A DNA stretch of 64,000 nt from Plasmodiophora brassicae (GCA_036867785.1 CP145419.1:868001-932000), one strand, 5' to 3'; counted from the stretch's first letter, positions 42,924 to 55,624 are shown. Notes: a model not told the origin generated them from the sequence alone. Translations and numbers: made by a program.

Positions 42924-45900
42924 TGAGAAAGACAATAATGGAGTGGATATATTACGTACGGCGTGTGCGGCGGACGTTACAGTGGCGACGTAGTCGCCGA
43001 CGGTGTAACGGTTGCCAACGCCGGCGGGCACGGAGTCGCGGAGTGCGTGACGGCGTTCACGTGCTGCAGGCATGTGCTGCTGGTCGTAGTGGATACGTTG
43101 TTCGACACGCCCCCTCCAGCAGCACACGGCCTGGGACTTGTGTCGATGATGCCGGCCAGGAGCAGGTTCGCATGATACGAGGTGCTGAGAGCGGGCTTCG
43201 TGAGGTAGTCTGCAGCCATCTCGGCGGACGGGCACTTGTGGACCACGATCAAACTGGCCTCGACGGCCTCCCGGGTGTAGTGAAACTGCACCTCGATGTC
43301 CTTCGTGCGATCATCCATCCGACGATAGCCAGACCAGGCCTTCGCGCCTTGATTGTCCTCGTATACGATCGTCGGACTGGAGCGTGCGAAGCCGATTTCG
43401 GTCAGGAATGACCGGATCCAGGCCAGCTGGCGGGTAACAGCACACAGCGACTTGATCTCTGCATGTGTGGACGATAAGCTAACTATGACTGCGCCTAGGT
43501 CTTGGCGACGTGACTGCCAGTGCACGGGGCCGCCAGCCAGCAGGATGATGTGGCCGGAGCGCGACCGTCGCGTGTCAGGGTCGGATGCCCAATCAGCGTC
43601 GGCGTATGCGATCAGACGATCTTCGGGCTGACGTTCGTATCGGATGCCGTGCGTCATGGTGCCGGCGAGGTACTTAAGAACGCGTTGCCCCGCACGCCAA
43701 TGCTGGATGCCGGGATTCGAGGAGAATTGGGCCAGTACATTCGTTATGTACGCGATGTCGGGACGGCATCGATGGGCGAGCCATGTCAGGCAGCCAATAA
43801 GTTTGAGGTACGGCTTGGTCGCCATTTCGTCGCGGTCGAGGTCGCTTTGTGGACTCATTGTCGTTGATAGGTGAACGCCAGGCTGATGCGGCGTGTCGAC
43901 CGGATGACAATGCGACATGGTGAAGTCGCTCAACACCTTCTCGATGTACTCGGCTTGGTCAAGGGTGATGGCGCCGGTGCCAGGTTCGCGTCGGATGCGC
44001 ATGCCAAGCAGGGTCGACGGTTCACCTTGATCCGTGATCTCGGCCATCGTGGAGAGCTTCTCGAGAACGGATTCCGCGAACGGGACGTCATTGTACGCCA
44101 GCAGACCGTCGTCGGTGTGCACCGACATGATCATGAACTTTCCATCGCGATCGTACCGGAAGACGCAGGGGTCCGCGATGATCGATTCGAATCCGAGTGA
44201 TAACAGCATCTCCCGAAGCGTCTTGTACCAACGTTCGGCGCCTTGTTTCGTTCCATAAAGGGCCTTTTGCAGTTGACGAACTCGGTACGGGACGTGATGA
44301 TCGGTGAAGCCATCCGGCTGACGAATGTAAACATCATGGAGCATGTCGGCGTTCAGGTATGCGGCCACCCAGTCGACCTGGCGAAGATGCAGGCCGTGCT
44401 GCGCCGCGAGCGCTAGGATAACGAGGAACGCAGTGGCACGGGCGGTCGGCGCGAACGTATCGTCGAAGTCGATGCCGGGGCGTTGTCGGAAGCCCTGAGC
44501 ACAGAGTCGGGCGGTGAACTTGCGGATGCCACCGTTGCCACTGAGCGAGGACTTCACTCGGAACACCCACTTGGCGCCAACAGCGATCTTACTTTTCGGC
44601 AGGTCGATTAGCGGGCCGAACGTGTCCTTGGCGTCCAGTGTTGCCATCTGGGTGACGGCGGCGTCCCACCAGTGGCCAGCGAAAGGTGATGAGAGGGCAT
44701 CGGCCATTGAGTTGGGTACGGGAATGTCGGTCGCTTTCAGCTTCGACAGGTCGGGTCGTGGTAGACGGGCTGGGTCGATCGGGGCGGATACCTTGGCTCG
44801 ACATGCCTTGGCAGCGGCGCCGCGACATGTCGGACGGTTGGACCTGATGGCCTGATCGATCAGACGGCGCTCCTCAACCTGCTGCCAATGCCGGATCAGT
44901 CGGCGGGAGCGACGAGGAGGGCGCTGTGTCGGGGACGTTAGGGTCGGATTCTGGAACCAGGCGTCGACCGTCGAGGACCACCGTGTCGACGAACGATTGG
45001 CCGCCTCCGGCGCCTTCCGCCATTCACCAGGCGGTTGACGACGACGATTCGATCGGCGAGGGCGTGGCACGTCGATGACATTGTGGTCAACGATATCAGC
45101 AGCATCGGAATTGTCGTGGACGTCGGGATCGGCAGCTTCGTTGGGAGAGTCGTTGCTGGACGCCGAACCTTCGTAGTCGGGATCATCTTCAGCGTCATCA
45201 TCATCTTCGTCGGTGGATACGTCATCAGGAGACGGTGAGCGCGACGGTCGGACGACCTCGGAAGGCGATGACGCAGCGGCAGGTGACGGAGGCTCGGGAG
45301 GGGATGCTGCGAGAGGGGATGCTGACGTCGATGGTAGAGGTGCCATGACGGCGTCGGAAGAGACGGGCGTCGGGACGATCGTGTCAACGTTCGGCGCAGA
45401 GCTCGACTCGGGACTGGACGGTGGCGCTGATGATGAACTAGCAGGGCTGGATCTTCCAAAGCCGAATGTGAACGAGGTCTCCAGGAACTCGGCAGTCGTG
45501 CTCTCGAACGTGTCTTCCCGGTCCACGTCGTAGAACCGCCAAGCCTTCATGCCGGGCGTGAAACCGATGAACACAGCGCGAACACGACGAGGCTCCAAAT
45601 TGCTCGGCTTCTTCGTGGCTGGATGTGGTCGCATGGCATAGGCATCGCAACCGTAGACACGAAGGGCCGAGATGTTAGGTAGGGCGCGACGAGCAGCCTC
45701 GAACGATGTGCGACGCCCGGGAAGGACTGATCTCGGGTGGATGTTGTACAGTATCGCAGAGTAGGACAGCGACCAGGGCCACGTGGAGTCAGGCATGCTA
45801 GAGTGGCACCGGATTGAGCTTTCGATACCGCAGAGCGTGTGGTTGACGCTTTCAGCGCGGCCGTTCTGCTCGGGCGTGTACGGGACAGATTTGCGGTGCA

Positions 45901-48159
45901 GGATGCCGGACTCGTTGTAGAACAGGACGCACGCCTTGGAGTTGTACTCGCCGCCACCGTCAGTCTGGAACGTCCGGATACCACGTCCTTCCTGGTTGCG
46001 AAGACGCGCGTCATAGTGCTTGATGACGTCGAGCGCCTCCGATTTGCGACGTAGCAGATAGACGGACAGGTACCGAGAGGAATCGTCAAGCATGGTCTGG
46101 TAGTACTCAAAGCCGCCGACACCGACGACAGGCCACCGTCCGGACAGATCGCTATGGACGAGATCGCCAACACGACGCGCGCGCGACGTACTGGGAGGGA
46201 ATGATGACCGTTTGCCCTTGGCGAGTAAACATGCAGCGCATGGACATCGATCTTGCGGCCTCGGGATTGGCCCGTCGAACTTCATGCCACGACAACGTTT
46301 GTGCAGGATGCGCAGGTTGCCGTAACCCAGGTGGCCGGTTCGAGCGTGCCAGACAGCTGGAGCTGCGGCGGTGACCTTAGCGACGCGGCATGAGACGCTG
46401 GATGCGATCAAGGAGCAGACTCGGGCGGAATGAAGTGTGCCGGGCGCGGAGGTTGGAGCGGATAATGGAATCCGGTACAGGTTATCGTGTCCTCGTTGAC
46501 TGACGGCCACTGGCTGACCGACGGGCGCCGTCCAGTTGGCCCCCGAGTAGATCTTCGCGGTATCGCCGTCGAACACGATCTTGTGACCTGATCTGGTGAG
46601 CTGGCCAACTGATACTAGCGTTTGGCCAAGTCGGGGAACGTGCAGCGAATCGATACTCGTCGCCTGGACATCCATGCCGAATGACGTCACGCCTCGACCG
46701 GAAGTGGTCGTACGCGACAGATCGGCTAGCTCAACTTCCGGTCCGGTGCCTTGGCGATAGCAGCTGAGATGTCGGCGCAGGGGCGTCATCGTCGTGGAAC
46801 ACGCTGAGTCCAGTAGGCCTACTGAGTTCGCGTACACGTCGATGGCGTGGCGTGCCGACAAAGCACGCATCGGCTCGGGCGCCGGATCGATCGGATGAGC
46901 GCCAGACGTTGGATACTCGTTGGACGTTGGTGAGGATGTATTGCTTTTCGCGTTGCTGTCGCGGTACCAGATGTGTCGTTGCAGCGTGCATTCGCCGTTA
47001 GTGTGCTTGGATCCGGGATGGAAGACGCAGGACTCGTTGCGTCGTGGTCCACGGGGACGCGTCGATGTGGCGCAACTGGAGCGGTTGGCCGTTTGGAACG
47101 CGTCGTGTCGGTCCCGCACGTCTTGGACCCTGATCTCCTCGCTTGTCAACGACCCGACGACCTCGGAGACACTGGGCAGCGTGTCCAGAGCACGATTGTG
47201 CAGGCCAGCGACGACGGCGTCGAGATCGGATGATGCGTTGGCCAAGATGAGGACGGCGACCAATGCGTCGGTGAGGGACAGCATCTCGGTCGGTACCATC
47301 GACCGGACGCGATGAGCCGCTGCTTGAACTCGGGCGGCGTACGTGGCGACCGACTGGCCGGGCATGTGCTGGACCGTGACGAGGTCGCGGACGGCGCGCA
47401 CGACCGATGCCAGCGACGACGGGCTGTACGCCTGGAACAGCACGCGCCAGCACTTGGCAGCCGAGCCTGCCTGAAACAAAGACAACGCGGACGCGATCTT
47501 GTGGTCCAGCATGTGGACGAGTAGAATCTCGCGCGCGGCTGCCTCGAGAGCTGGGTCGTGTGCCGTACCGGTTGTCGCAGTCGGCGAGCCATCTTCGTTG
47601 ATCCCGATGACGTCCGCGTACCCACGATTGCGAAACCAGAGTGCAGCTGTCTGAACCCAGGACGTGAACGAGTCGGGAGTACCGTCGAACTTGGGCATGG
47701 GCAGTCGGCCTGCGTCGCTTCGGCTGTGCGCCTCGGCGATGATCGGCATGGCCGGGGTCGATGGACAGCTGGTCGGACGCGCCAGCTGCTGCTGCAGGAC
47801 ACGGAGACGGTCGATCTTCTCCTGCCTGGCGATCGTTGCCTCCGCTTCGGCAATTCGGGTGTCGATCTCCTCGAGCGACAGATGACGCAGCGGGTCGTCA
47901 TCCGTGTTAGGCGTCGCCTGGCGCTCGGCCATGGCGAGTAGAGGCTCAGCGCCTGCGCCTATACGACTGTTAATCTGAGAAAGACAATAATGGAGTGGAT
48001 GTATTACGTACGGCGTGTGCGGCGGACGTTACAGTGGCGACGTAGTCGCCGACGGTGTAACGGTTGCCAACGCCGGCGGGCACGGAGTCGCGGAGTGCGT
48101 GACGGCGTTCACGTGCTGCAGGCATGTGCTGCTGGTCGTAGTGGATACGTTGTTCGACA
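42924..48159 (-). mobile_element. Second full-length Copia copy (LTRs 47976-48159 and 42924-43107), mismatched flanks ACATC/TCTAC
   Basis: Mirror of 30647-35882. Confidence 0.97.
42977..47932 (-). CDS. Copia Gag-Pol polyprotein, 1651 aa (same translation as 30874-35829)
   Basis: Translation appears identical in the ORF track. Confidence 0.97.
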   Translation of the reverse strand: MAERQATPNTDDDPLRHLSLEEIDTRIAEAEATIARQEKIDRLRVLQQQLARPTSCPSTPAMPIIAEAHSRSDAGRLPMPKFDGTPDSFTSWVQTAALWFRNRGYADVIGINEDGSPTATTGTAHDPALEAAAREILLVHMLDHKIASALSLFQAGSAAKCWRVLFQAYSPSSLASVVRAVRDLVTVQHMPGQSVATYAARVQAAAHRVRSMVPTEMLSLTDALVAVLILANASSDLDAVVAGLHNRALDTLPSVSEVVGSLTSEEIRVQDVRDRHDAFQTANRSSCATSTRPRGPRRNESCVFHPGSKHTNGECTLQRHIWYRDSNAKSNTSSPTSNEYPTSGAHPIDPAPEPMRALSARHAIDVYANSVGLLDSACSTTMTPLRRHLSCYRQGTGPEVELADLSRTTTSGRGVTSFGMDVQATSIDSLHVPRLGQTLVSVGQLTRSGHKIVFDGDTAKIYSGANWTAPVGQPVAVSQRGHDNLYRIPLSAPTSAPGTLHSARVCSLIASSVSCRVAKVTAAAPAVWHARTGHLGYGNLRILHKRCRGMKFDGPIPRPQDRCPCAACLLAKGKRSSFPPSTSRARRVGDLVHSDLSGRWPVVGVGGFEYYQTMLDDSSRYLSVYLLRRKSEALDVIKHYDARLRNQEGRGIRTFQTDGGGEYNSKACVLFYNESGILHRKSVPYTPEQNGRAESVNHTLCGIESSIRCHSSMPDSTWPWSLSYSAILYNIHPRSVLPGRRTSFEAARRALPNISALRVYGCDAYAMRPHPATKKPSNLEPRRVRAVFIGFTPGMKAWRFYDVDREDTFESTTAEFLETSFTFGFGRSSPASSSSAPPSSPESSSAPNVDTIVPTPVSSDAVMAPLPSTSASPLAASPPEPPSPAAASSPSEVVRPSRSPSPDDVSTDEDDDDAEDDPDYEGSASSNDSPNEAADPDVHDNSDAADIVDHNVIDVPRPRRSNRRRQPPGEWRKAPEAANRSSTRWSSTVDAWFQNPTLTSPTQRPPRRSRRLIRHWQQVEERRLIDQAIRSNRPTCRGAAAKACRAKVSAPIDPARLPRPDLSKLKATDIPVPNSMADALSSPFAGHWWDAAVTQMATLDAKDTFGPLIDLPKSKIAVGAKWVFRVKSSLSGNGGIRKFTARLCAQGFRQRPGIDFDDTFAPTARATAFLVILALAAQHGLHLRQVDWVAAYLNADMLHDVYIRQPDGFTDHHVPYRVRQLQKALYGTKQGAERWYKTLREMLLSLGFESIIADPCVFRYDRDGKFMIMSVHTDDGLLAYNDVPFAESVLEKLSTMAEITDQGEPSTLLGMRIRREPGTGAITLDQAEYIEKVLSDFTMSHCHPVDTPHQPGVHLSTTMSPQSDLDRDEMATKPYLKLIGCLTWLAHRCRPDIAYITNVLAQFSSNPGIQHWRAGQRVLKYLAGTMTHGIRYERQPEDRLIAYADADWASDPDTRRSRSGHIILLAGGPVHWQSRRQDLGAVIVSLSSTHAEIKSLCAVTRQLAWIRSFLTEIGFARSSPTIVYEDNQGAKAWSGYRRMDDRTKDIEVQFHYTREAVEASLIVVHKCPSAEMAADYLTKPALSTSYHANLLLAGIIDTSPRPCAAGGGVSNNVSTTTSSTCLQHVNAVTHSATPCPPALATVTPSATTSPL

Positions 48160-50987
48160 GATGTCAGCATCCTGCCACAGGTCGCGAAGTTGGACTCCAC
48201 ATCCATCTTGAAGTTGAAAGAGCAATATGATCGATATTGTGCAGTGGTGATCGACCGTGAGGGCAACCGTCCGGAAGCCGCGAGGATCAAGCCTCAAGCG
48301 ATACGATTCTGCTTTACCACGCCGCAACCGACCTGCATCGCGTTGAATCACCTGTTCCTGAACAATGTCGACCTGCTGACAGATGACAACCTGGAAGGAT
48401 GGATCGATCGCAGATCGCTTCCAGCGAGTCATGGCCTGACGACCCAAGACATTGAGGCCAAAATCGCGAATGAGCTGTCGATGGACACCAGCCTCCCGAC
48501 TCTGAGGGATCAAGTAGGGTCGATCCTGGACCGCATGACTGGAATCCAGTGGAGACGAGGCTGGCAGCACATGCGCGAAACGGTCGGTGGGCGTAGAGCC
48601 CTTGGCCCTTTGTTGGTTGATACGTTGCAACCATGGAGGCTAGGTGACTTCACAAGGCAATGGGTCAAGGAGGACAAGTCCAAGCGCGAAGGGGACCTGA
48701 AGGCGATTATGAAGCAGATGCAGGAGTGGATCATTCCCAAGGCCGCTGTCAACGGTTCGGCCCAGATTGGTGGCGTATCCAAGAAGACCTGCGCCGAGCT
48801 CCGTCTGAACGACCGCAGCCACAAGTATCAGGTGGTGACCACGTCGGGGGGACGACGCGTTCGGGAACATCGTCCTCCTCCTCTGAATGCTGAGATGACG
48901 GCGCAGGGGTGTCATCGTGGTGGAGCACGCGGAGTCCAGCAGGCCTACTGAGCTTGGTTCGGGGTCGAGGGGATGTCGTGCCGACAGCGCATGGATCGGC
49001 TCGGGTGCCTGATCTGTCGGGAGTGCACCGCACGAGGGATACTCGTGGGACGTTGGGGACGATGCATTGGTGTTGTTGTTGTCGCGACGCCAGATGCTGC
49101 GCTGCAGGTTGCACTCGCCATTGGTGTGCTTGGACCCTGGATGGAAGACGCAGGCCTCGTTGCGTCGCGGTCCACTGGCACGCGGGGTCGTACTGCAACT
49201 GGAGCGGTTGGCCGTCTCGAATGATTCCTGCCGGTCGCGAACATCGCGAATGCAAATCTCTTCGCTTGTCAGTGACGCAACCACCTCGGAAACACTGGGC
49301 AGCGTGTCCAGTGCACGGTTGTGCAGGCCGGCGACGACCGCGTCCAGGTCGGATGACGCATTGGCCAGAATGAGGACGGCAACCAGAGCGTCAGTAAGGG
49401 ACAGCATTTCGGTCGGTACCGTTGCCCGGACCCGGTGAGCTGCGGCTTGAACTCTGGCGGCGTATGTGGCGACAGACTCACCGGGTGTGTGCTGGATCGT
49501 GACGAGGTCGCGGACGGCGCGCACGACCGATGCCCGCGACGACGGGCTGTACGCCTGGAACAAGACGCGCCAGCACTTGGCAGCCGAGCCTGCTTGGAAC
49601 AAGGACAGCGCAGACGCGATCTTGTGGTCCAGCATGTGGACGAGTAGAATTTCACGCGCTGCCGCTTCCAGAGCTGGGTCATGCGTCGTATCGGTTTTCG
49701 TGGTCGGCGAGCCGTCTTCATTGATCCCGATGACGCTTGCGTATCCACGGTTGCGGAGCCAGAGGGCAGCGGTCTGAATCCAGGACGTGAACGAGTCGGG
49801 CGTCCCGTCAAACTTGGGCATCGGCAGGCGACCTGTGTCGCCTCGGGCGTGCGCTCGGTGACGGTCGGCACGGATGGGATCGGTGGACAGCTGGTCGGAC
49901 GCGCCAGCTGTTGCTGCAGGACGCAAAGACGTTCGATCTTCTCCTTCCTTGCGATGATTGCCTCCGCTTCGGCAATTTGGGTGTCGATCTCGTTGAGCGT
50001 CAGATGGCTCAGCGGGTCGTCATCCGCGTCTGGCGTCGCCTGGCGCTCGGCCATGGCGAGTAGGGGCTCGGCGCCTGCGCCTATACGACTGTTAATCTGA
50101 TGAAGACGATAACGAAGTGATTTATTCCGACCGACATCGGAGCGAGACGACGGCGACGTAACGCTATGTAACAGGGGCTTGCCAAGCCGTTACCGACAAC
50201 GGCGTCAGTGGCGGAGCCTCTGCCGTGGACGTTACGCAGTCGCGCACAGTCACGGCGTCACCGTGTGCCGGTGGTACGACATGGTCCTTGACACGCCCCC
50301 TGAACAACACGGCCTTGCACGTGCTCGTATGCCTTGGCTCGTTGACGCGGCACGAGACGAATCGTGGCGTAGCTAGAGGTGACATGAATGGCGCAATTTG
50401 CTGTGGCGGGGTCGACGATGACACGCAGGGTGTTGGATCTGGCTCAGGACGACGTCGACGCGGATTGCGCCGACGGACAACGTTATCTTGCGGAGCGATT
50501 GAGGCAAGCGATTGAGGCCCGTACGACCGGCGTACGCCTGGCGCTTACGTCCCGGTACTGGTTCTGGATCCCCCCTTAATGACGGCCTGCCTTGCTGGCG
50601 CGATCTGCCCGGACTCTCTTGCGCGTGGGGCGGACTCGAGCGGGCGTTCGTGGCGCGTGCAGAAGCAGGGTCAGGGCAGAGACGCAGTGACGCGGGAGTG
50701 GCACTGGGATGGCACCGGGGCGCGGGGCGCCGGCGGGCTCGCCGCCTCGAAGCGCGTAGAACGCGTACGACTGTTAATCTAAGAAAGCCAATAGCGAAGT
50801 GATGTATTGAGGTAGGTACGGAGCGAAAATATTGGACGACAGTGAACGTGATAGACGGCGCCACAGTGGCGACGGCGCAGTGCACGTTACACCTGTGGCG
50901 GCGCTGCCACAGGACTTGCGGAGTGCGTGGCGTCGGCAGCGGGCTGCACGAGTGTGCTGCTGGTCGTACTAGACATGGAGTTCGACA

Positions 50988-52209
50988 AGTTCCTCGGCCA
51001 CTCGGTGAAGCATTACATGGTCACCTGCCGTTCGACGTACTCACCATGGACTATCTCTATGTGGACCCTGTCAGGGGCGCGGACCACAAGTACAAGTATA
51101 TCCTGCTCTTGAACGACGACTTCAGTGGTTTGTTCGTCTGATTCCATCAGATGAAGCGACAAGTCGTGTTGCTGCGGAAGCTCTGAATCAGTGGATTGCC
51201 GATTTCGCGACGCCCGAGTACCTGGTCACGGACGGTGGTTCACACTTCACTGCAGAAGTCATGGAGGAGCTTACCCGGCTACGAGATGTTCAGCATCACA
51301 TCACAACGGCATATTGTCCGTGGGCTAACGGTACGGTGGAACGCGCGAACCGCACTGTGCATGCGATCAGTCCTGAACGAGGCCCAGATTAGCACGCACA
51401 ACTGGCCGTACTTATGTCCTGTTGTTCAGCATGTCATCAACCACACACCAAGTCGACGACTCAACGGCTACGCGCCATTCACGGTTATCACGGGACGTTC
51501 ACTTGACCAGATCTGGGACCCTGTAGAAAAACAGTGTCGACGAGTACCACCGGAGGGATTCGCCAAATACGTGCAGATGTTGCAAGAGACTCTCGACGAG
51601 ATCCACAAGGCCGTCGATGAAGCGAAGACACAGCGACATGCTGCCAATATTGAGCAACGACGACGACGACTCAAGAGTAGTTCCTACGAATCGTTCATCG
51701 TTGGCGACTACGTGCTCAATGCCAAGCCGGTACCAGGTCCTGCGCAGAAGCTGATAGCGCAGTGGCGGGGACCGTATCGAGTTGTCAAGCAAATCAACGA
51801 GCAAGTGTATGAGTTGGAGAACCCACTATCTGGACGACGCTTCAACTCACATACGCAACGAATTCGACGATATGCAGACGCTGACTTGAACATGACAGTC
51901 GATTTGAAGCGCCACCTCCAACACACTGACCAGCATTTGATTGTGGACGACCTATTGGATTGTCGTATCGATCGAGACACGCAAGAACTGCAGATCAAGG
52001 TATCGTGGTCTGGGTTTGATCTTGAGGAGGCGACGTGGGAACCTGCACATATCATCTATGAGGACGTTCCCGAGTTAGTGCACAGACGTCTGGGAGACAA
52101 TCATCCACAAGCGGAAGCTCTACGTCGTTTCGCCCCAGCACCAAGCGAGCGAGTAACGCGCAACGCCAGACAAAGCGGAAGCAGCGACGACGGCATTAGG
52201 TATGAATGA
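50988..52209 (+). pseudogene. Gypsy-2 integrase-chromodomain fragment (mirror copy)
   Basis: Same motifs as 26597-27818. Co-oriented with the 3' LTR at 56957. Confidence 0.88.
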
Positions 52210-52560
52210 CAATGCCTGTGCAGTGTTTACGGTTTGTGGTTGCACAGGAGTCAACCGTCAAACACGCTTATTCAGTACCGTCGGGACCGGAAGGACGACG
52301 AAACCGTATCGGTTCTGTACTGGACGATACGAGGATAATCATGATCATGGTCCTCAATAATTGTGGGCCCGGTTCTCAAATAATTGGGACCATTGCAACT
52401 GGTTTTCATGCAAGTCATGGAATCAGTCAATCTGGTTGTTATGCGATCATGCAACCACGGTTTATGGCGCTCCTCTGAGAGGCCATCACGTTATTCGATG
52501 AGTAGTCACACAGGTGGCCTCATCAATATCGTTGTAACACGGGATATTCGGCAGCATCCG

Positions 52561-53196
52561 TTAAGTCACTGTGGCTGCTTGAAACTGTGCATATCTGTTT
52601 GAATAAATTTTGGTAAAGCTATTTAATTGTACGGAGCTGTCACTGTCGGGAATTTGATACGTTAACATCACTGGGGGAATGTTATCGTCGATCATCAATC
52701 TGTTCGTATCCTCGACGGGCACGATGTATCCCAAAAAACGGGCCGTCTTCTCGACGCGTTCACGATCCTCTTGCGATGCATCATCCGCGACGCTGGGATA
52801 GAAGAACTTTTTGAACGTCAGTAAGAGAAAGGCACCGGGCGGCGCGGGAATGAAGGCCACTACTGGCGCCTGCTTGGGGAACAGAGTCAGCGTGCGCTCC
52901 TCGCTGAGGCTGGTCATCGTCCTGACTTCGGGACCATAACTCAGGGGACTGAATATGACCCGAATGCCGTCGGACGCTACGGGACCAAATGTGATCTTGT
53001 AGCCCAAGAGTTTTCGCACGAAGATGTGCATACTGTCCGGCTCACGCATCACAGTGACGATCTGCATCCTCGTGAGCACACGATAGTTCATCAGTTCCTC
53101 AGAACGCTCGCTGTCGTCGGAGGTTTCATCGTCGTCGTCATCATCCTCCATAACCTCATCGTCGTCGTCGTCGTCATCATCAATACCATGCCTCAT
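52561..53196 (-). CDS. Hypothetical accessory ORF (acidic N-terminus) in the PHIS element
   Basis: 211-aa open frame with poly-Asp. No recognised motif. It runs to the TIR. Confidence 0.4.
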   Translation of the reverse strand: MRHGIDDDDDDDDEVMEDDDDDDETSDDSERSEELMNYRVLTRMQIVTVMREPDSMHIFVRKLLGYKITFGPVASDGIRVIFSPLSYGPEVRTMTSLSEERTLTLFPKQAPVVAFIPAPPGAFLLLTFKKFFYPSVADDASQEDRERVEKTARFLGYIVPVEDTNRLMIDDNIPPVMLTYQIPDSDSSVQLNSFTKIYSNRYAQFQAATVT

Positions 53197-53282
53197 ATAG
53201 GTGGAAGCACCGACGAGAGCCCGATCACCGCGGCGACCCTTCTTCGAGCCATCTGTGACGGACGTTTGCGTTACGAACGGTA

Positions 53283-53525
53283 TTACATGCTGAGTCGTAC
53301 GTACCCTTCCTTGACGCCGTCCTTGTATTCGCGGGAATCGGCAACGTAAACGTTCGTCGATTTCTTGAGCCGGTATAACTTGGAGGTAATCTGGCGCTCC
53401 GACAGATGTTTAAGTTTTTCGTGAATCTTACCAGTCGTGGCACCTGCTTTGGCAAGGACCACCAAAGTAGCGACTTCCCATGGCTTCCACGTATGGTTAC
53501 GTCGCCTCTCGCTCGCGTCGCTCAT
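53283..53525 (-). CDS. Small Myb/SANT- or HTH-like DNA-binding protein in the PHIS element
   Basis: HTWKPWEVATLVVL...IHEKLKHLSERQITSKLYRLKK resembles a single Myb-like repeat. Confidence 0.55.
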   Translation of the reverse strand: MSDASERRRNHTWKPWEVATLVVLAKAGATTGKIHEKLKHLSERQITSKLYRLKKSTNVYVADSREYKDGVKEGYVRLSM

Positions 53526-54611
53526 GCTCTGGGCCAACTCGTGCGATCACCACTCGCCGAACACAGAAGTGTACAAGAGTGTACACGGCTGGTCACACCT
53601 GTACAGGGTGTATCGAACTGCGTCAAAATGGGCATCGAATGACCACACATTCCTGGAAGGGGGCCTTTTTCTCGTCACTAGTGTACAACACATGTCACTC
53701 CACCACGGCACTGTCATACATATGACGTCATCCCGGAGAGCCCCCGTCATAGGGCGTCATACACAGTGGGGCGCGGCCTCCGAAATCTGCGCACTGCGCA
53801 CTGTCCCCCCATTCGTGCAGCACCAGAATCGAGATGCCAAGGCCGGCGAAGCGCTCCAGAGCGACCGCAAGCTGGATCCGCTCTTCTTTTCCCTGTGGGC
53901 GGATGGTATAACACAACTCGGAGGGGAAACGTCGAGGCTGAAAGCATCCTGGCCATGCAATGGCTGCATAATTTGGGGTGAAGAACTCGGGTGTGGACGA
54001 CGGTGATGGAACTTGGCAACGCTTACTCAACCAGTATTCCGACTCTCTTATGACCGGCATGGAAAACCCCTTGGTTCAGGCGAATGCTGCTCTGCATCCC
54101 AAGGTCGCTTGGGGTTTGTTCCAGGCCTTCTGGCCCGACCTTGCCAAGATGATCGCGCCATTCCCTTGTTCACTCTGGTGGCGTCATCGAATGGTGGCGA
54201 GCGGAACTTTAAAGTCATGGCGAGCATCGAAAGCCAGAAAGAAACAACCTGAACCCAATCAAGGCCGACAAGCAGGTTGCCTGCGAGTACAACACGCAGC
54301 AACTACGGCACGAAAAGGACCTCCCGTCAAGGGATTCGGCTTTCTGCAGGCTACCCCAATCCATGTCGGGAGCGCGTTCTGCATTCTCTCAAGACGACCT
54401 GTTGCAGTTCGAGCTGATCATGGAGTTGCAGTCTCTACTGGCTGCAGTAGACCCATCGTGCGCGCCTGTTCAAGACTGGCACGTGGTCGAGACAGGTGCA
54501 GTTGATGATCTACCCAATTCGGACAGCGAGGGAGACGGCGAATGATTAATATATCTGCTACCTGATTTATCAAGAATACAGCAACATGTCTTCTTGCCAT
54601 ATGTTTTGTGG

Positions 54612-55608
54612 TTATGACGCCTTATGACGCCTTATGACGCCTTATGACGCCTTAGAGCATCCCCAACCCGTAGCTATATCCCTAGCTATAGTCAAAATTT
54701 AGCTAGAAAACAGCCCCACCCGGGCTAGCTATCGCTATATTTTTTGACTTGCCTCGCCATTTCGGCACGAAATAGCTAGGCAAGCAAATCTCTAGCCACG
54801 GAGTTGCGCACATTTTGTCTGACTGGGAGATCGTGGGGACGGCCTCGTGGTTCCTGTTGATCGAGGGAACCATGGGCGATATGAGGCGAAGAAAGGTCGT
54901 AGAGGCTCGGAGTGGGCCGGAAAGGAAGACATGTCATTGGGGCGTGCCTATGTTGTCATTTCCCATGATCCTGGTGTCAGAAACGGGCAGAAATTAAACG
55001 AACGTATTAGCTACAAGCGTCAGCACACCCGTACGCGATGATTCGCATGGCTGCGACAACTTTCTGCAGCGGTACACCTGGAAGCCCGCCGGTGAATGAG
55101 TGGTTCTGTTCTGAAACCATGGATCTTGTCCAAGAACCCCGTCCATGATCTCGCGAACAAAGGTTTCTACGGAAGCGCCGCCTGAACAGAGATGTTCGTT
55201 GTACATCGCACCTGCAGCAAATTATTCGCGGATGTTTCGTTCCGTACCGTATTCAGAGTGTGTTCAGCATTGGGCCTGCGACAGGGTCTGGACCCACCAG
55301 ATACGGGTTTCTGCTTCTTCTTGCTCGTGTGGTGTCGCCAGGCTAGCCCGAGAAACTGGATATTCGCCGCAGAAGCCTCTTTGAACGATGCCAGTGCTGT
55401 TATTGAAACGGAATCGAGGATTACATCCGACGACAAGTACAATGGGCAGGAAACGCTGGCACAGTAAAATAGCTATGGCTATCACCGGATGGGGATTGGG
55501 AAAATAGCGATCGCCAAAATGGCCGCAAAACGGGCATTTTAGCTATGGCTATGGCTAGCCGGGTGGAGATGCTCTTATGACGCCTTTATGACGTCATGAC
55601 GTCATAAA
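54612..55608. repeat. 10-bp tandem repeat (TTATGACGCC)n, split by a MITE and ending in a 24-bp palindrome
   Basis: Four units at 54612-54651; the array resumes at 55575. TTTATGACGTCATGACGTCATAAA at 55585-55608. Confidence 0.9.
54655..55574. mobile_element. Non-autonomous PIF/Harbinger (Tourist-like) element, 920 bp, TSD TTA
   Basis: TIRs GAGCATCCCCAACCCG / CGGGTGGAGATGCTC. TTA at 54652-54654 and 55575-55577. TAGCTA subterminal repeats. Confidence 0.9.
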
Positions 55609-55624
55609 ATCTGGCCACGGAGTT

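Larger units (their letters stand above)
42924..52226 (-). repeat. Right arm of the 9303-bp inverted duplication
   Basis: Reverse complement of 26580-35882. One substitution seen at 42949. Confidence 0.97.
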
